DNA from: Novosphingobium sp.
GTDB lineage: Bacteria; Pseudomonadota; Alphaproteobacteria; Sphingomonadales; Sphingomonadaceae
Assembly: GCF_965229225.1 (NCBI RefSeq)
Contig: NZ_OZ245867.1
Location: 330,298-394,297, forward strand
Length of the DNA: 64,000 nt
Direction: 5' to 3'
Shown here: piece after piece, positions 55,906 to 64,000 of the stretch
Layout: every line of letters starts with the position of its first letter
Numbering within the stretch: position 1 is the first letter of the stretch
Notes under the pieces: model-generated
Told to the model about the DNA's origin: nothing
Seen by the model: only the letters and a program-made list of their open reading frames with translations
Databases searched by the model: none
Program-made: the position numbers and the translations under genes

Positions 55906-57612
55906 TCAGCCCTTGGCCCGCGCGAAGATCTTCTGCCCGCCGACCCAGGTCTCCAGCACCGTGGTCTTGTGGATCTCGGTCACCGGAATGGCGAGGGGAT
56001 CGCGGTCGAGCACGAGGAAATCGGCGAACTTGCCGACTTCGAGCGAGCCCGCCTTGTCGGCGATCCCCATGCGCTGCGCGGCGTTGATCGTGAACATGGT
56101 GATCGCTTGCGGCAAGGTGATCGCCTCGGCGAGGCCATAGCTGCGCGCGCCGCCGCCGGGGTTGCGGCGGGTGACGGCGGTTTCGATGCCGATCCACGGA
56201 TTGGGCGAGGGGACGACCGCCCAGTCCGACCCGGCAACGACCAGCGCGCCCGAGGCGAAGCCTTCGCGGATCGGCCAGACCCGATCGATGCGCGGGGAAC
56301 CGACGGCGGTGGTGATATCATCGTTGATCGGCTGCGGATCCCAGAGATAGGGCGAGAATTCGACCGCGGCGTGCAGGGCCTTGAAGCGCGGCAGATCGGC
56401 GGGATCGACGAAGGTGGAATGGCCGACCTGATGCAGCGGGCCGCCCATGCCGTTGGCCTTGCGCGCTGCCTCGATGGCATCGAGCGAGGCGCGCACCGCG
56501 CGGTCTCCCGCGGCGTGGAACAGCACCGTGACGCCGAGCTTGTCCCATGCCGCGAGGTTTTTCGCCATGGCCAGCGGATCGAACAGCAGCAGGCCGCGCG
56601 CGGGGGCATTGGGCTGGCCGGCCTGATAATCCGCCAGCATCGCGCCTGTATGGCTTTCGGTCGGCACGCCGTCCGCGAAGACCTTGACGCAATTGGCGTT
56701 GAAGGTGGCGCGGGCGAATTGTGCCCGGTCTGCGAGCGTCTGCTCGAAGGCGGGATTGGGGCGGCCGGATTCGGAATAGGCGATGCAGGCCTGCACGCGC
56801 TGCTTCAGGACGCCTTTGTCTGCCAGCGCCGCATAGACCTCGAGGTCGTCGCGGTAGGCCATCGCCTCGACGTAGCCGACGACACCGAAACCGGCGAGCA
56901 TCGCGAGGTGCGCGGAAAGCTGGCGCTCGGTTTCCGCCTGCGGCTGCGGCGGAACCTTGACGGTGAGCAGGCGGCCCGCCGTCTCGCGCAGAATGCCCGT
57001 TGGGTTGCCCGCGCTGTCACGCTCGATAATGCCGCCTTCGGGATTGGGCGTGCCTGGGCCGATCCCGGCGAGCGCCAGCGCGCGCGAATTGGCCCAGACG
57101 CTGTGGCCGCTGACATCGAAGAGCATGACCGGATTGTCTGGCGAGACGGCATCGAGCGTGGCGGCGGTGATCGGCGTCCCGGTCATCAGCGAGGACTGCC
57201 ACTGGCCGCCGCTGACCCATTCGCCGGGCTTGGCCGCCTTGACGCAGGCGGCGACGAGTTCGATCAGGCGCTGCGGGCCGGCATCCTGAGGCACGCGGCA
57301 GCGGCCTTCATCGCCCTTGGCCTGGAGCACGGGATGGACGTGCATGTCGTAAAGGCCGGGGAGGACCGTGCGTCCCTTGAGGTCGATGACTTTCACGCCG
57401 TTGCCCGGCCAGCCCCTTGCCTGCGCCTGCGAGCCGATGCGCAGGATGCGGTTGCCGCGCACGTCCATCGCGCTGCGCCAGCCCTGCGGGGTGTAGATAT
57501 GGCCATTGATGAAGCGCAGCACCGGCTTTGGCGCTGCTTGTGCGGTATGGGGCAGGGCGCAGGCGGCGGCGATAAGCCCGGCGAGCGCAAAGACGTGGCG
57601 TGAGATCTTCAT
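55906..57612 (-). CDS. Periplasmic amidohydrolase-3 family metal-dependent hydrolase (paralog 2)
   Basis: The start is at MKISRHVFALAGLIAAACALPHTAQA. PGLYDMHVH, HAAGD and GSDWAV are collinear with the 51043..52770 protein. Confidence 0.8.
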   Translation of the reverse strand: MKISRHVFALAGLIAAACALPHTAQAAPKPVLRFINGHIYTPQGWRSAMDVRGNRILRIGSQAQARGWPGNGVKVIDLKGRTVLPGLYDMHVHPVLQAKGDEGRCRVPQDAGPQRLIELVAACVKAAKPGEWVSGGQWQSSLMTGTPITAATLDAVSPDNPVMLFDVSGHSVWANSRALALAGIGPGTPNPEGGIIERDSAGNPTGILRETAGRLLTVKVPPQPQAETERQLSAHLAMLAGFGVVGYVEAMAYRDDLEVYAALADKGVLKQRVQACIAYSESGRPNPAFEQTLADRAQFARATFNANCVKVFADGVPTESHTGAMLADYQAGQPNAPARGLLLFDPLAMAKNLAAWDKLGVTVLFHAAGDRAVRASLDAIEAARKANGMGGPLHQVGHSTFVDPADLPRFKALHAAVEFSPYLWDPQPINDDITTAVGSPRIDRVWPIREGFASGALVVAGSDWAVVPSPNPWIGIETAVTRRNPGGGARSYGLAEAITLPQAITMFTINAAQRMGIADKAGSLEVGKFADFLVLDRDPLAIPVTEIHKTTVLETWVGGQKIFARAKG

Positions 57613-57692
57613 ACCGGCATTCTCCCCCATTCGGCTTTCGCCATTTGGCTGCGCCGCCAGCCAGTCCGGCAAGGCGGCGCGCCCGGTTTTCC

Positions 57693-59999
57693 TCAGTAGC
57701 GGTAGGACGCCGTCACGCCGAAGGTGCGCGGCCGCAGCGTTTCCCGGCGGAAGAATTCGAACGGGTTGGATGCCCGCTCGCGCCGGGTCCAGGTGGACTT
57801 GTCGAGGATGTTGTTGACGAAAAGCGAGATATCGAAGTTACCCGGTTTCACGCCGAGCCGTGCCGACCAGAAGGCGACCGCGGGCGGCAGCGTGAGCGCG
57901 GTATCGATCGCGCCGTTGCCGGGGTTGAGGTAGGGCGGCAGCTTGCTCTGCTTCGAGCGGTAGTCGAAATCGGATCGGATATAGCCGCCCTTCGCGCGGA
58001 ACGCGTCGAAATCGTATTGCGCGTGGAACGAGGCTGTCCACGGCGCGCCGAGCACGGCATCCCCCTTGCTCACGAAGGGCGCCGCCGCAGTCGGGCCGCC
58101 GAACACGGTATCGCGGAACTTGGCATCGACGTAGCCGATTTCGGCCTGCAGCGTCAGGCGATTGGTCGGGCGCACTTCGAGCTGGAGATCGAAGCCGCGG
58201 CTGCGCGCCTTGCCGAGGTTGTTGGTGAACTGGAAGCCGCAGCTATTGAGCGCGACGGCCTGCTGGATGTCGTTCCAGTCGATCTGATAGACGCTCGCCT
58301 GCACGCTGCCGAGCCCGCCGAACCGGCTCTTCACGCCGACCTCGTAGCTCCACACCGAGTCCGACTTGAAGTTGGTCGGGCGGCCGCCAGGATAGCCGAT
58401 GCTGGCCAGTTCCGGCCCGCAGAAAGTGCCGACCTGCGGGTTATAGCCACCAACGCGGAAACCGCGCGAGGCCGAGGCATAGAGCAGCGTATCGGGCGTC
58501 GCCTGGAAGTTGATGCCGAACTTGGGCGTGATCGGGTTCTCGCTCTGGCGGCCACGGTCATCGACCAGCGGGCCAACCACGAAGCCCTGCGCGATCGAGC
58601 GGATCGTGAACACGGTGTGGCTGTAGCGCAGGCCCGCAAGCACCGAGAGCTTGTCGGTAAGCTTGTAGGTGACCTGCCCGAACAGCGCCGCCTGCTCGTC
58701 GGTCGAAACCGCGTTCTGGTCATAGACCGAGAAGCCCGCGACCGGCGAAGGGCCGCCGAACAGGTAGACGGGCAGATAGGGATCGGTCACGACCTGGATC
58801 GAGGTTTGTTTCGCGTGCGAGTAGAACCCGCCGAGCACCCAGGTCAGCGGGCTGGCCGCATTGCTCGATTGCAGGCGAAGCTCGCCGGTCCAGTTCTTCT
58901 GCGCGACGACGAAGTCTGACGGAGCGTTCTGTTCGGGGAAGAACGGGAGCGCATTGACGCCGGTGAACAGAGTCTGGTCGAAGTTGGTGTAGTCCTGCAC
59001 GAAGGACTGGCGGCGATCAAAGTAGGAGCCGACCGCGATAAGGTCCACCGCCCCGAGGCCGACGCTGACGTTGAGCGAGGTGAGCGTGAAGCGGTCCTTG
59101 CTGGTTTCGGGGAGCTGGTTGGCATTCCGGAACACGTGCTTGTCGTAGTTCGAATACGTCTCCCAGCTCTCGCCGCTGTCGGCCGCCTCGACGTTCTGGT
59201 AGAACACGGCAGGCGTGATCTTGACGTTGTCGACCGGCTGCCAGGTGAGGGCCACACGCGCGACATAGCTGTCGGTCGAGTTGGCGTTCTTCTGCACGAC
59301 CTTGTTGGTGAACGAGCTGATCCGGTCCACGTAGCCGCCGTCGCGGCGGTAGTAGCCGCTGGCCGCGATGCCGAGTTTGCCCGCGACAAGCGGCGCGCTG
59401 ACCGAGACGCCGCCTTCGCCGTTTGCCGCGCCGTGCTGGGTCGCGCTCGCTTCGGCGCGGCCATAGACCTTGAGGGTATCGAGGCTGGGCTGCTGCGTGA
59501 TGAAGCGCACGGTGCCGCCTTCAGATCCGGCGCCAAACAGCGTGCCCTGGGGTCCGCGCAGCACTTCCACGCGGTCGAGATCGAAGACCACCGGGTAGGC
59601 ATTGCCGCCGCCATAGCCGAGCTGACGGATCTGGATCGGCACATCGTCGATATAGATGCCGGTGGTTGCGGCGCCGACCGACGAGTTCACGCCGCGGATC
59701 GCGATGTTGGTCGTGGTGTTCGACTTCTCGAAGCTGACGCCCGGAGTCTGACGGATCACGTCGCTGAAGTTGCGGATGCCCCGGCTGTCGAGCGCTTCGC
59801 GTGAAAGCGCGCTGACGCTGAGGGGAACCTTGTTGATGCTTTCGCTCTTGCGGGTTGCGGTGACGATGATCTCGCCGCTGCTCTCCGCAGCGGTTTCGCC
59901 TTCGGTCCCCGCTGCCTGCGCCAGTGCGGCATCAGCCATGACCAGCGCGGCAAGCGCCGTGCCTGCTGCGAAAAAATTGGCGCTGCGCCTCGTGCTCAT
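57693..59999 (-). CDS. TonB-dependent receptor
   Basis: 768 aa with a signal peptide, plug-domain motifs (IIVTATRK, PGVS, IRG, VEVLRGPQGTLFG) and a C-terminal beta-barrel ending in ...ASYRY. Confidence 0.9.
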   Translation of the reverse strand: MSTRRSANFFAAGTALAALVMADAALAQAAGTEGETAAESSGEIIVTATRKSESINKVPLSVSALSREALDSRGIRNFSDVIRQTPGVSFEKSNTTTNIAIRGVNSSVGAATTGIYIDDVPIQIRQLGYGGGNAYPVVFDLDRVEVLRGPQGTLFGAGSEGGTVRFITQQPSLDTLKVYGRAEASATQHGAANGEGGVSVSAPLVAGKLGIAASGYYRRDGGYVDRISSFTNKVVQKNANSTDSYVARVALTWQPVDNVKITPAVFYQNVEAADSGESWETYSNYDKHVFRNANQLPETSKDRFTLTSLNVSVGLGAVDLIAVGSYFDRRQSFVQDYTNFDQTLFTGVNALPFFPEQNAPSDFVVAQKNWTGELRLQSSNAASPLTWVLGGFYSHAKQTSIQVVTDPYLPVYLFGGPSPVAGFSVYDQNAVSTDEQAALFGQVTYKLTDKLSVLAGLRYSHTVFTIRSIAQGFVVGPLVDDRGRQSENPITPKFGINFQATPDTLLYASASRGFRVGGYNPQVGTFCGPELASIGYPGGRPTNFKSDSVWSYEVGVKSRFGGLGSVQASVYQIDWNDIQQAVALNSCGFQFTNNLGKARSRGFDLQLEVRPTNRLTLQAEIGYVDAKFRDTVFGGPTAAAPFVSKGDAVLGAPWTASFHAQYDFDAFRAKGGYIRSDFDYRSKQSKLPPYLNPGNGAIDTALTLPPAVAFWSARLGVKPGNFDISLFVNNILDKSTWTRRERASNPFEFFRRETLRPRTFGVTASYRY

Positions 60000-60228
60000 G
60001 TCGAAACTCCCCTGTCATGGCCCGCGCCTGCCTTGAGCGACGCGCATTCCCATCTGCACAACAGGCTATGGGCTGGAGAGGGATTGGCATTGACCGGAAC
60101 CGGCAATGCACGGCGCATCTGCACGCTTCGGTATATTTCAGTGCTGTTCGCCCCTGGTTGGCCACATTTGCCAAGGTGCCTGCCAGGATCGCTCTGCGGG
60201 ATCAGGCAGAGCCAAAGTCAGATGCGCA

Positions 60229-60333
60229 ATGGAGGTAGCAGCGAACGGCGATCTGTCCGACTGGACGATCCCCGGCAAGATGGTGAAGGGTATGGGTGGG
60301 GCTATGGACCTTGTCGCGGGGGTCAACCATTTG
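60229..60333 (+). pseudogene. Relic of a 3-oxoacid CoA-transferase B-subunit gene (ScoB/AtoA-like fragment)
   Basis: Track ORF 60106..60441 contains [32 protein letters not shown]. This matches the highly conserved [22 protein letters not shown] block of family I CoA-transferase beta subunits. The flanking sequence has no further similarity. Confidence 0.55.
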
Positions 60334-60338
60334 CGAGT

Positions 60339-60953
60339 TCAGGCCAAACTTGCCAATGCGCGGATTGTCGCCGGTCGCTGTTCGATCTTCTTCACCCAGG
60401 CGTGCAGGACGGGAAAGTCTTTGAGATCGAAACCGGCATAATTGGCACTTCGTACCCACGAGAAATGGGCGATGTCAGCGACCGAGTAGGACTCGCCGTT
60501 CAGCCACTCAACCTCACCCAGTCGTGCTTCAAGCAGCCCGAGATGCCGGCCAGCCTCGCCTTCGAACCTTTCGGTGGCGTAGGGGGCAGGCGTTCTCAGT
60601 GATCGGAAATGCGCTGCGTTCCCCATCATAGGTCCAAGCCCTGCCGCTTGCAGGAACAGCCAGCTAAGCGTTTGTGCGCGCGCTGCCGGCGCAGTGCCTA
60701 GCAGGCCGCCGAAGCCCTGCGCGAGATAAAGGAGGATGGCGCCCGATTCAAAGACCGTTACGGGAGCAGCTGTGCCGTCCCGGTGCCGGATCGCTGGCAC
60801 TTTCGCATTGGGATTGATCCGGAGGTACTCGGCGGAACGCAGTTCGCCCGAACCAAGTGCGATTGTCTTGAGTTCATACGGAACGCCAAGCTCCTCAAGC
60901 GCAATCGGCACCTTGATGCCATTGGGCGTGTTGGCGGTGAAAACTTCAATCAT
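60339..60953 (-). CDS. Glutathione S-transferase family protein
   Basis: 204 aa. The N-terminal thioredoxin-like fold begins [20 protein letters not shown], followed by [18 protein letters not shown]. Confidence 0.85.
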   Translation of the reverse strand: MIEVFTANTPNGIKVPIALEELGVPYELKTIALGSGELRSAEYLRINPNAKVPAIRHRDGTAAPVTVFESGAILLYLAQGFGGLLGTAPAARAQTLSWLFLQAAGLGPMMGNAAHFRSLRTPAPYATERFEGEAGRHLGLLEARLGEVEWLNGESYSVADIAHFSWVRSANYAGFDLKDFPVLHAWVKKIEQRPATIRALASLA

Positions 60954-61110
60954 CGGAAGACCCCTGACCTGGGTTGTGATTACAGGATCTGCAACAGCGC
61001 TTCGGGCACCACGTCGCCGTAGTCTGACCCGCGCAGAAGTTCGCCAAGCGCATCATTGCCCATGCCCGATGCGGGCCGGTTCGATCGGAACAGGCGAGCA
61101 AGGAGATAAA

Positions 61111-61437
61111 TCACAACTTCCTCGAAGCTAGAATCTGCCTCGCCCTTGCACCAATTACGGCCAGTTCATCCTCTGTTACGCCGAATTGAAGTGCGCAGGT
61201 GCGGGTCTTCAAGACCATTTCGGGCTCGCCCGCTTTCAAGGCACAAGCATAGGCGATGGCCGCCGCCGTTCGGGCCTCGAAGCTGCGCCCGCCGATTGCG
61301 GCATCGATCTCCGCACCAGTCAGACCTGATAGCCGGGCTTCGCGTTCAAGCTTGCTCAGCGTCTTGTCGCAGCCGCAATCACCAAGCATTGCCAGCTTCA
61401 ACTGCGCAGCGACGCGTGCATGAAGGCGCTCAACCAT
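61111..61437 (-). CDS. Small AhpD/CMD-like protein (tentative)
   Basis: 108 aa from MVERLH. The region LGDCGCDKTL...GLTGAEIDAAIGG loosely resembles the carboxymuconolactone decarboxylase/AhpD core. Weak call. Confidence 0.3.
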   Translation of the reverse strand: MVERLHARVAAQLKLAMLGDCGCDKTLSKLEREARLSGLTGAEIDAAIGGRSFEARTAAAIAYACALKAGEPEMVLKTRTCALQFGVTEDELAVIGARARQILASRKL

Positions 61438-61633
61438 GATGTTCAGCCCAGCATCGCGCCGCCGTCGGCCGCAACACAGCGGACCGCGCAATCGAAAGGG
61501 TCATCAGCGCGCCGATGTTGCAAAGAGCAGCGATGAGCGAACCTCCGGCAAGAGCGACGATCACGGTCGTTTGCCAGCGTAGCAGCCATTCCGAGTAAGG
61601 GGCGTTGGGGATCGCAAGGGTCATCTTGGACAT
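61430..61633 (-). CDS. Possible small membrane protein
   Basis: 67 aa from MSKMTL with one or two hydrophobic helices. It overlaps the downstream ORF start by 8 nt. Coding status is uncertain. Confidence 0.2.
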   Translation of the reverse strand: MSKMTLAIPNAPYSEWLLRWQTTVIVALAGGSLIAALCNIGALMTLSIARSAVLRPTAARCWAEHHG

Positions 61634-61726
61634 GATTGTTTTCCGGCCCCGTCTGCAAGGGCACGCCGGCAGGCCGGTTGCCATTGCAGACAGGAGGTTA
61701 GCGATGGGAGGGCGCTGCGGGGAGCG

Positions 61727-62377
61727 TCAGAAATTGTAGCTCACGCCGACAAGCGTCTGATGGCGATCAAATTTTCCGCCACGGCTGCCGAGGTCGCTGA
61801 ACCGGTATTCGGCGCGAGCCGAAATGTGATCCGTGATCGCATATTCGAGACCACCGCCGACTTGCCAGCCGTCGAGATTGGACGACAAGGTTGTTGGGCC
61901 GCCTGTCGTAGCCAGGGTGGTGCGGACGCGGTTGTTGGCATAGCCGCCGCGAACATAGACCAGCGCCTTGGGCGTGACGAGATAGCCTGCGCGTGCGGAG
62001 AGATCGAAGCTGTAGCGCGGGTCGACTGTCAGCGACCGTCCCGCAGACGTGGCGCTGGTCCGGTCATCGATGGTCGCGCTGAAACCGGCTTCGGCACCGA
62101 CGACGATCCGATCAGTCGCCTTGACGTTGTAGCCGGCATAGCCACCAAGCACGAGCGCATCGCGCGAGACTGCATCAGTGATGGGCCGCGCCTCGATGCG
62201 GCCTGCGATCTCGCTGCGGTCATAGCCAGCGGTGACGCCGACATAGGGGCCGTTATAGGTTTCGGCGTGGGCAGGGGCGGCTGCTGATCCAAGCGCCGCA
62301 ACAAGGGCCATCGACATCACAAGGGGCGAAATCACGAGGGGTGAAATCACGAGGGGCAAAATACGGTGGGACTTCAT
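61727..62377 (-). CDS. Outer-membrane beta-barrel protein (OmpA-like 8-strand / porin family)
   Basis: Signal peptide ending AAPAHA, alternating aromatic beta-strand pattern, and the C-terminal ...LVGVSYNF with a terminal Phe. Confidence 0.75.
   Translation of the reverse strand: MKSHRILPLVISPLVISPLVMSMALVAALGSAAAPAHAETYNGPYVGVTAGYDRSEIAGRIEARPITDAVSRDALVLGGYAGYNVKATDRIVVGAEAGFSATIDDRTSATSAGRSLTVDPRYSFDLSARAGYLVTPKALVYVRGGYANNRVRTTLATTGGPTTLSSNLDGWQVGGGLEYAITDHISARAEYRFSDLGSRGGKFDRHQTLVGVSYNF
62316..62360. repeat. Three tandem 15-bp units inside the OMP signal-peptide coding region
   Basis: The units are atcacaaggggcgaa, atcacgaggggtgaa and atcacgaggggcaaa. They are in frame and encode ILPLV-ISPLV-ISPLV. 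Confidence 0.8.
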
Positions 62378-62691
62378 GTTAACTCTCCAGTTGGATTCCG
62401 GTTTGGGGTGAGCCGGAGATAGGCGCGCTGCGATGAAGTGATAATTGGCCTAATCTGGAAGATAATGTTCCGATTATCGGAATGAATTGCCTGATCGCCT
62501 GGTTCGCTCCCAGCTGAATCCGCAACCTCACTTATGCTCACAGCGCCAAATAGCGACCTGTGCAGCCGATAAATGCATTTTCCGGAATAATGACTTGCAC
62601 ATTTCAGGCGTTCTGATCTCGCCCGAGCAAGCGCATCTGGTGGTTCGACGGATGACCCGTCCGGCACCTGCTCTTGCCAAAGGACACGATC

Positions 62692-63303
62692 ATGAAACTC
62701 TATTCCCACCCCATTTCCGGTCACGCCCACCGTGCGCGGCTGTTCCTCTCGCTGATTGGCGCGGATGTTGAGATCGTTACGGTCGATCTCGCCAAGGGCG
62801 AGCACAAGTCGCCGGAGTATCTGGCCAAGAACCGCTTCGGCCAGGTGCCGCTGCTGGAAGACGGCGGCGAGTTCATTTCCGATTCCAATGCCATCATGGT
62901 CTATGCCGCCAAGAAGTTCGGCCGCACCGACTGGCTGCCATCAGATCCGATCGGCAGCGCCAAGGTTCAGCGCTGGCTTTCGGTTGCTGCCGGCCAGATC
63001 GCGTTTGGCCCGGGCGCCGCTCGCCTCGTCACCATCTTCAAGGCCGGGTTCAATCCTGAAGAAGTGATCGCCCGCGCCCATGCGATCCTCGCGCTGATCG
63101 AAGCTGAGCTCGAAGGCCGCGACTGGATCGCTGCTGACCACCCGACCATCGCTGACGTCGCGCTCTACAGCTACATCGCCAGTGCGCCCGAGGGGAATGT
63201 CGACCTTTCCTCCTACGCCAACGTCAACTCTTGGCTTGCCCGTATCGAAGCGCTCTCCGGCTTCGTTGAATTCGCCAAGAACCCCGTTGGCCTCAACGCC
63301 TGA
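62692..63303 (+). CDS. Glutathione S-transferase family protein
   Basis: [23 protein letters not shown]...[19 protein letters not shown]; 203 aa from ATG 62692 (track TTG at 62674). Confidence 0.85.
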   Translation: MKLYSHPISGHAHRARLFLSLIGADVEIVTVDLAKGEHKSPEYLAKNRFGQVPLLEDGGEFISDSNAIMVYAAKKFGRTDWLPSDPIGSAKVQRWLSVAAGQIAFGPGAARLVTIFKAGFNPEEVIARAHAILALIEAELEGRDWIAADHPTIADVALYSYIASAPEGNVDLSSYANVNSWLARIEALSGFVEFAKNPVGLNA

Positions 63304-63367
63304 TCGATCCGCTGCCGGGGCCGCCGCAGGGTGGCCCCGGGGCATTGCACAACTGGGGAGCCGAGCG

Positions 63368-64000
63368 ATGACACAGCCACAACCTCACAAACCATCACCG
63401 TTTCACGCGGGCGAAGTTGCGCTGCAAAAGACGGTTGGTGTGGCGGAGCGGATGGAGAAATTCGGTCGGCGGGTGATCCGCGATTATATGCCGGACCAAC
63501 ACCGCAACTTCTACCCCCAGCTCCCCTTTGTCGTGCTCGGCTCGGTCGATTTATCTGGCGATGCCTGGGTTACGCTGTTGAGCGGCCGACCCGGCTTCAT
63601 GACGAGCCCGGATCCGCATCACCTCGATTTCTCAGCGCATCCCGACCCGCAGGACCCGGCCACGGCATCGCTTGCCGATGGCGCTGCGGTGGGCTTGCTC
63701 GGCATCGAACTGCACACCCGGCGGCGGAACCGAATGAACGGCACGCTGCAGCAGCAGACCGATCGAGGCTTCGCCATCGCGGTTGAACACGCCTTCGGCA
63801 ACTGTCCGCAGTATATCCAGCTGCGCGACTTCACCTTCGTGCGCGAACCAGACGACTTTGCCACCGTGCCCGCTGCGCAGAGCCTGGGCATCGATGATCC
63901 GCACGTGCGGGCGATGATCAGTGCCGCCGATACGTTCTTCGTCTCGTCCTATGTCGATGATGCGCAAGGCCGCCATGTCGATGCTTCGCACCGCGGCGGC
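63368..64000 (+). CDS. Pyridoxamine-5-phosphate-oxidase-like FMN-binding domain protein, 5' partial (runs off the window)
   Basis: My own translation from ATG 63368 stays open to position 64000 and is not in the track. It reads MTQPQPHKPSPFHAGEVALQKTVGVAERMEKFGRRVIRDYMPDQHRNFY...HTRRRNRMNGT...GNCPQYIQ...ASHRGG. This resembles the N-terminal PNPOx-like module of large FAD/2Fe-2S oxidoreductases. Confidence 0.5.
   Translation, partial: MTQPQPHKPSPFHAGEVALQKTVGVAERMEKFGRRVIRDYMPDQHRNFYPQLPFVVLGSVDLSGDAWVTLLSGRPGFMTSPDPHHLDFSAHPDPQDPATASLADGAAVGLLGIELHTRRRNRMNGTLQQQTDRGFAIAVEHAFGNCPQYIQLRDFTFVREPDDFATVPAAQSLGIDDPHVRAMISAADTFFVSSYVDDAQGRHVDASHRGG

Noticed and set aside
55969-57603. 544-aa ORF on the + strand.
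   Set aside because: It is antisense to the second amidohydrolase, with Gly/Asp/Arg/Ala-rich shadow composition.
60033-60602. 189-aa + strand ORF.
   Set aside because: It spans promoter DNA, runs out of frame across the CoA-transferase relic, and is then antisense to the GST gene. There is no coherent domain.
60955-61110. 27-codon minus-strand ORF (MGNDALGELLRGSDYGDVVPEALLQIL) between the GST and CMD-like genes.
   Set aside because: It is too short and has no Shine-Dalgarno sequence or family signal. It may be another gene fragment, but I cannot support it.

Overview
High-GC chromosomal segment, roughly two-thirds G+C by eye, from an alphaproteobacterium. Gene content and synteny suggest Sphingomonadales: mfd-sdhE-recG, DUF4164-zapA-6S-5FCL, tkt-gap-pgk-fba(class I)-thiE, DUF2842, DUF3429 and PhaR. 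That taxon is inference only. All calls rest on reading the ORF translations for family motifs and reading the DNA for structure; no database search or HMM was run.

Most of the window is core housekeeping:
- DNA repair and RNA turnover: Mfd, RecG, RadA, RNase R.
- Translation and division: ProS, EF-P, ZapA.
- Central metabolism: ThyA, a 2-oxoisovalerate dehydrogenase E1a/E1b/E2 operon, PDH E2 plus LpdA, and a tkt-gap-MOSC-pgk-fba-thiE block.
- RNA genes: four tRNAs (Asn-GTT, Pro-CGG, Asp-GTC, Leu-CAA) and one probable 6S RNA.
- I saw no rRNA, CRISPR array, IS element, transposase or integrase.

The accessory or unusual parts are:
1. About 4.2-7.2 kb: an acyltransferase-3 gene, about 650 bp of GC-rich DNA with no convincing gene, then a sharply AT-rich islet of about 1.1 kb. 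The islet carries one orphan 265-aa ORF that I cannot assign to any family. This is the best candidate for something undescribed.
2. About 14.7-16.6 kb: a chemoreceptor with a six-helix, histidine-bearing membrane module instead of a periplasmic sensor. It is translationally coupled to a small unassigned upstream ORF.
3. About 48.8-60 kb: an orphan RTX/serralysin-like protease, then a locus of TonB-dependent receptor, periplasmic amidohydrolase, PQQ dehydrogenase, a second paralogous amidohydrolase, and an AraC regulator broken by an in-frame TAG.
4. 60-64 kb: a lower-GC detoxification-type patch with two GSTs, a CoA-transferase gene relic, and an OMP whose signal peptide contains a 15-bp tandem repeat.

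Several short dispersed inverted-repeat (REP/MITE-like) elements sit in intergenic regions. Many long ORFs in the six-frame track are antisense shadows typical of high-GC DNA and were rejected.
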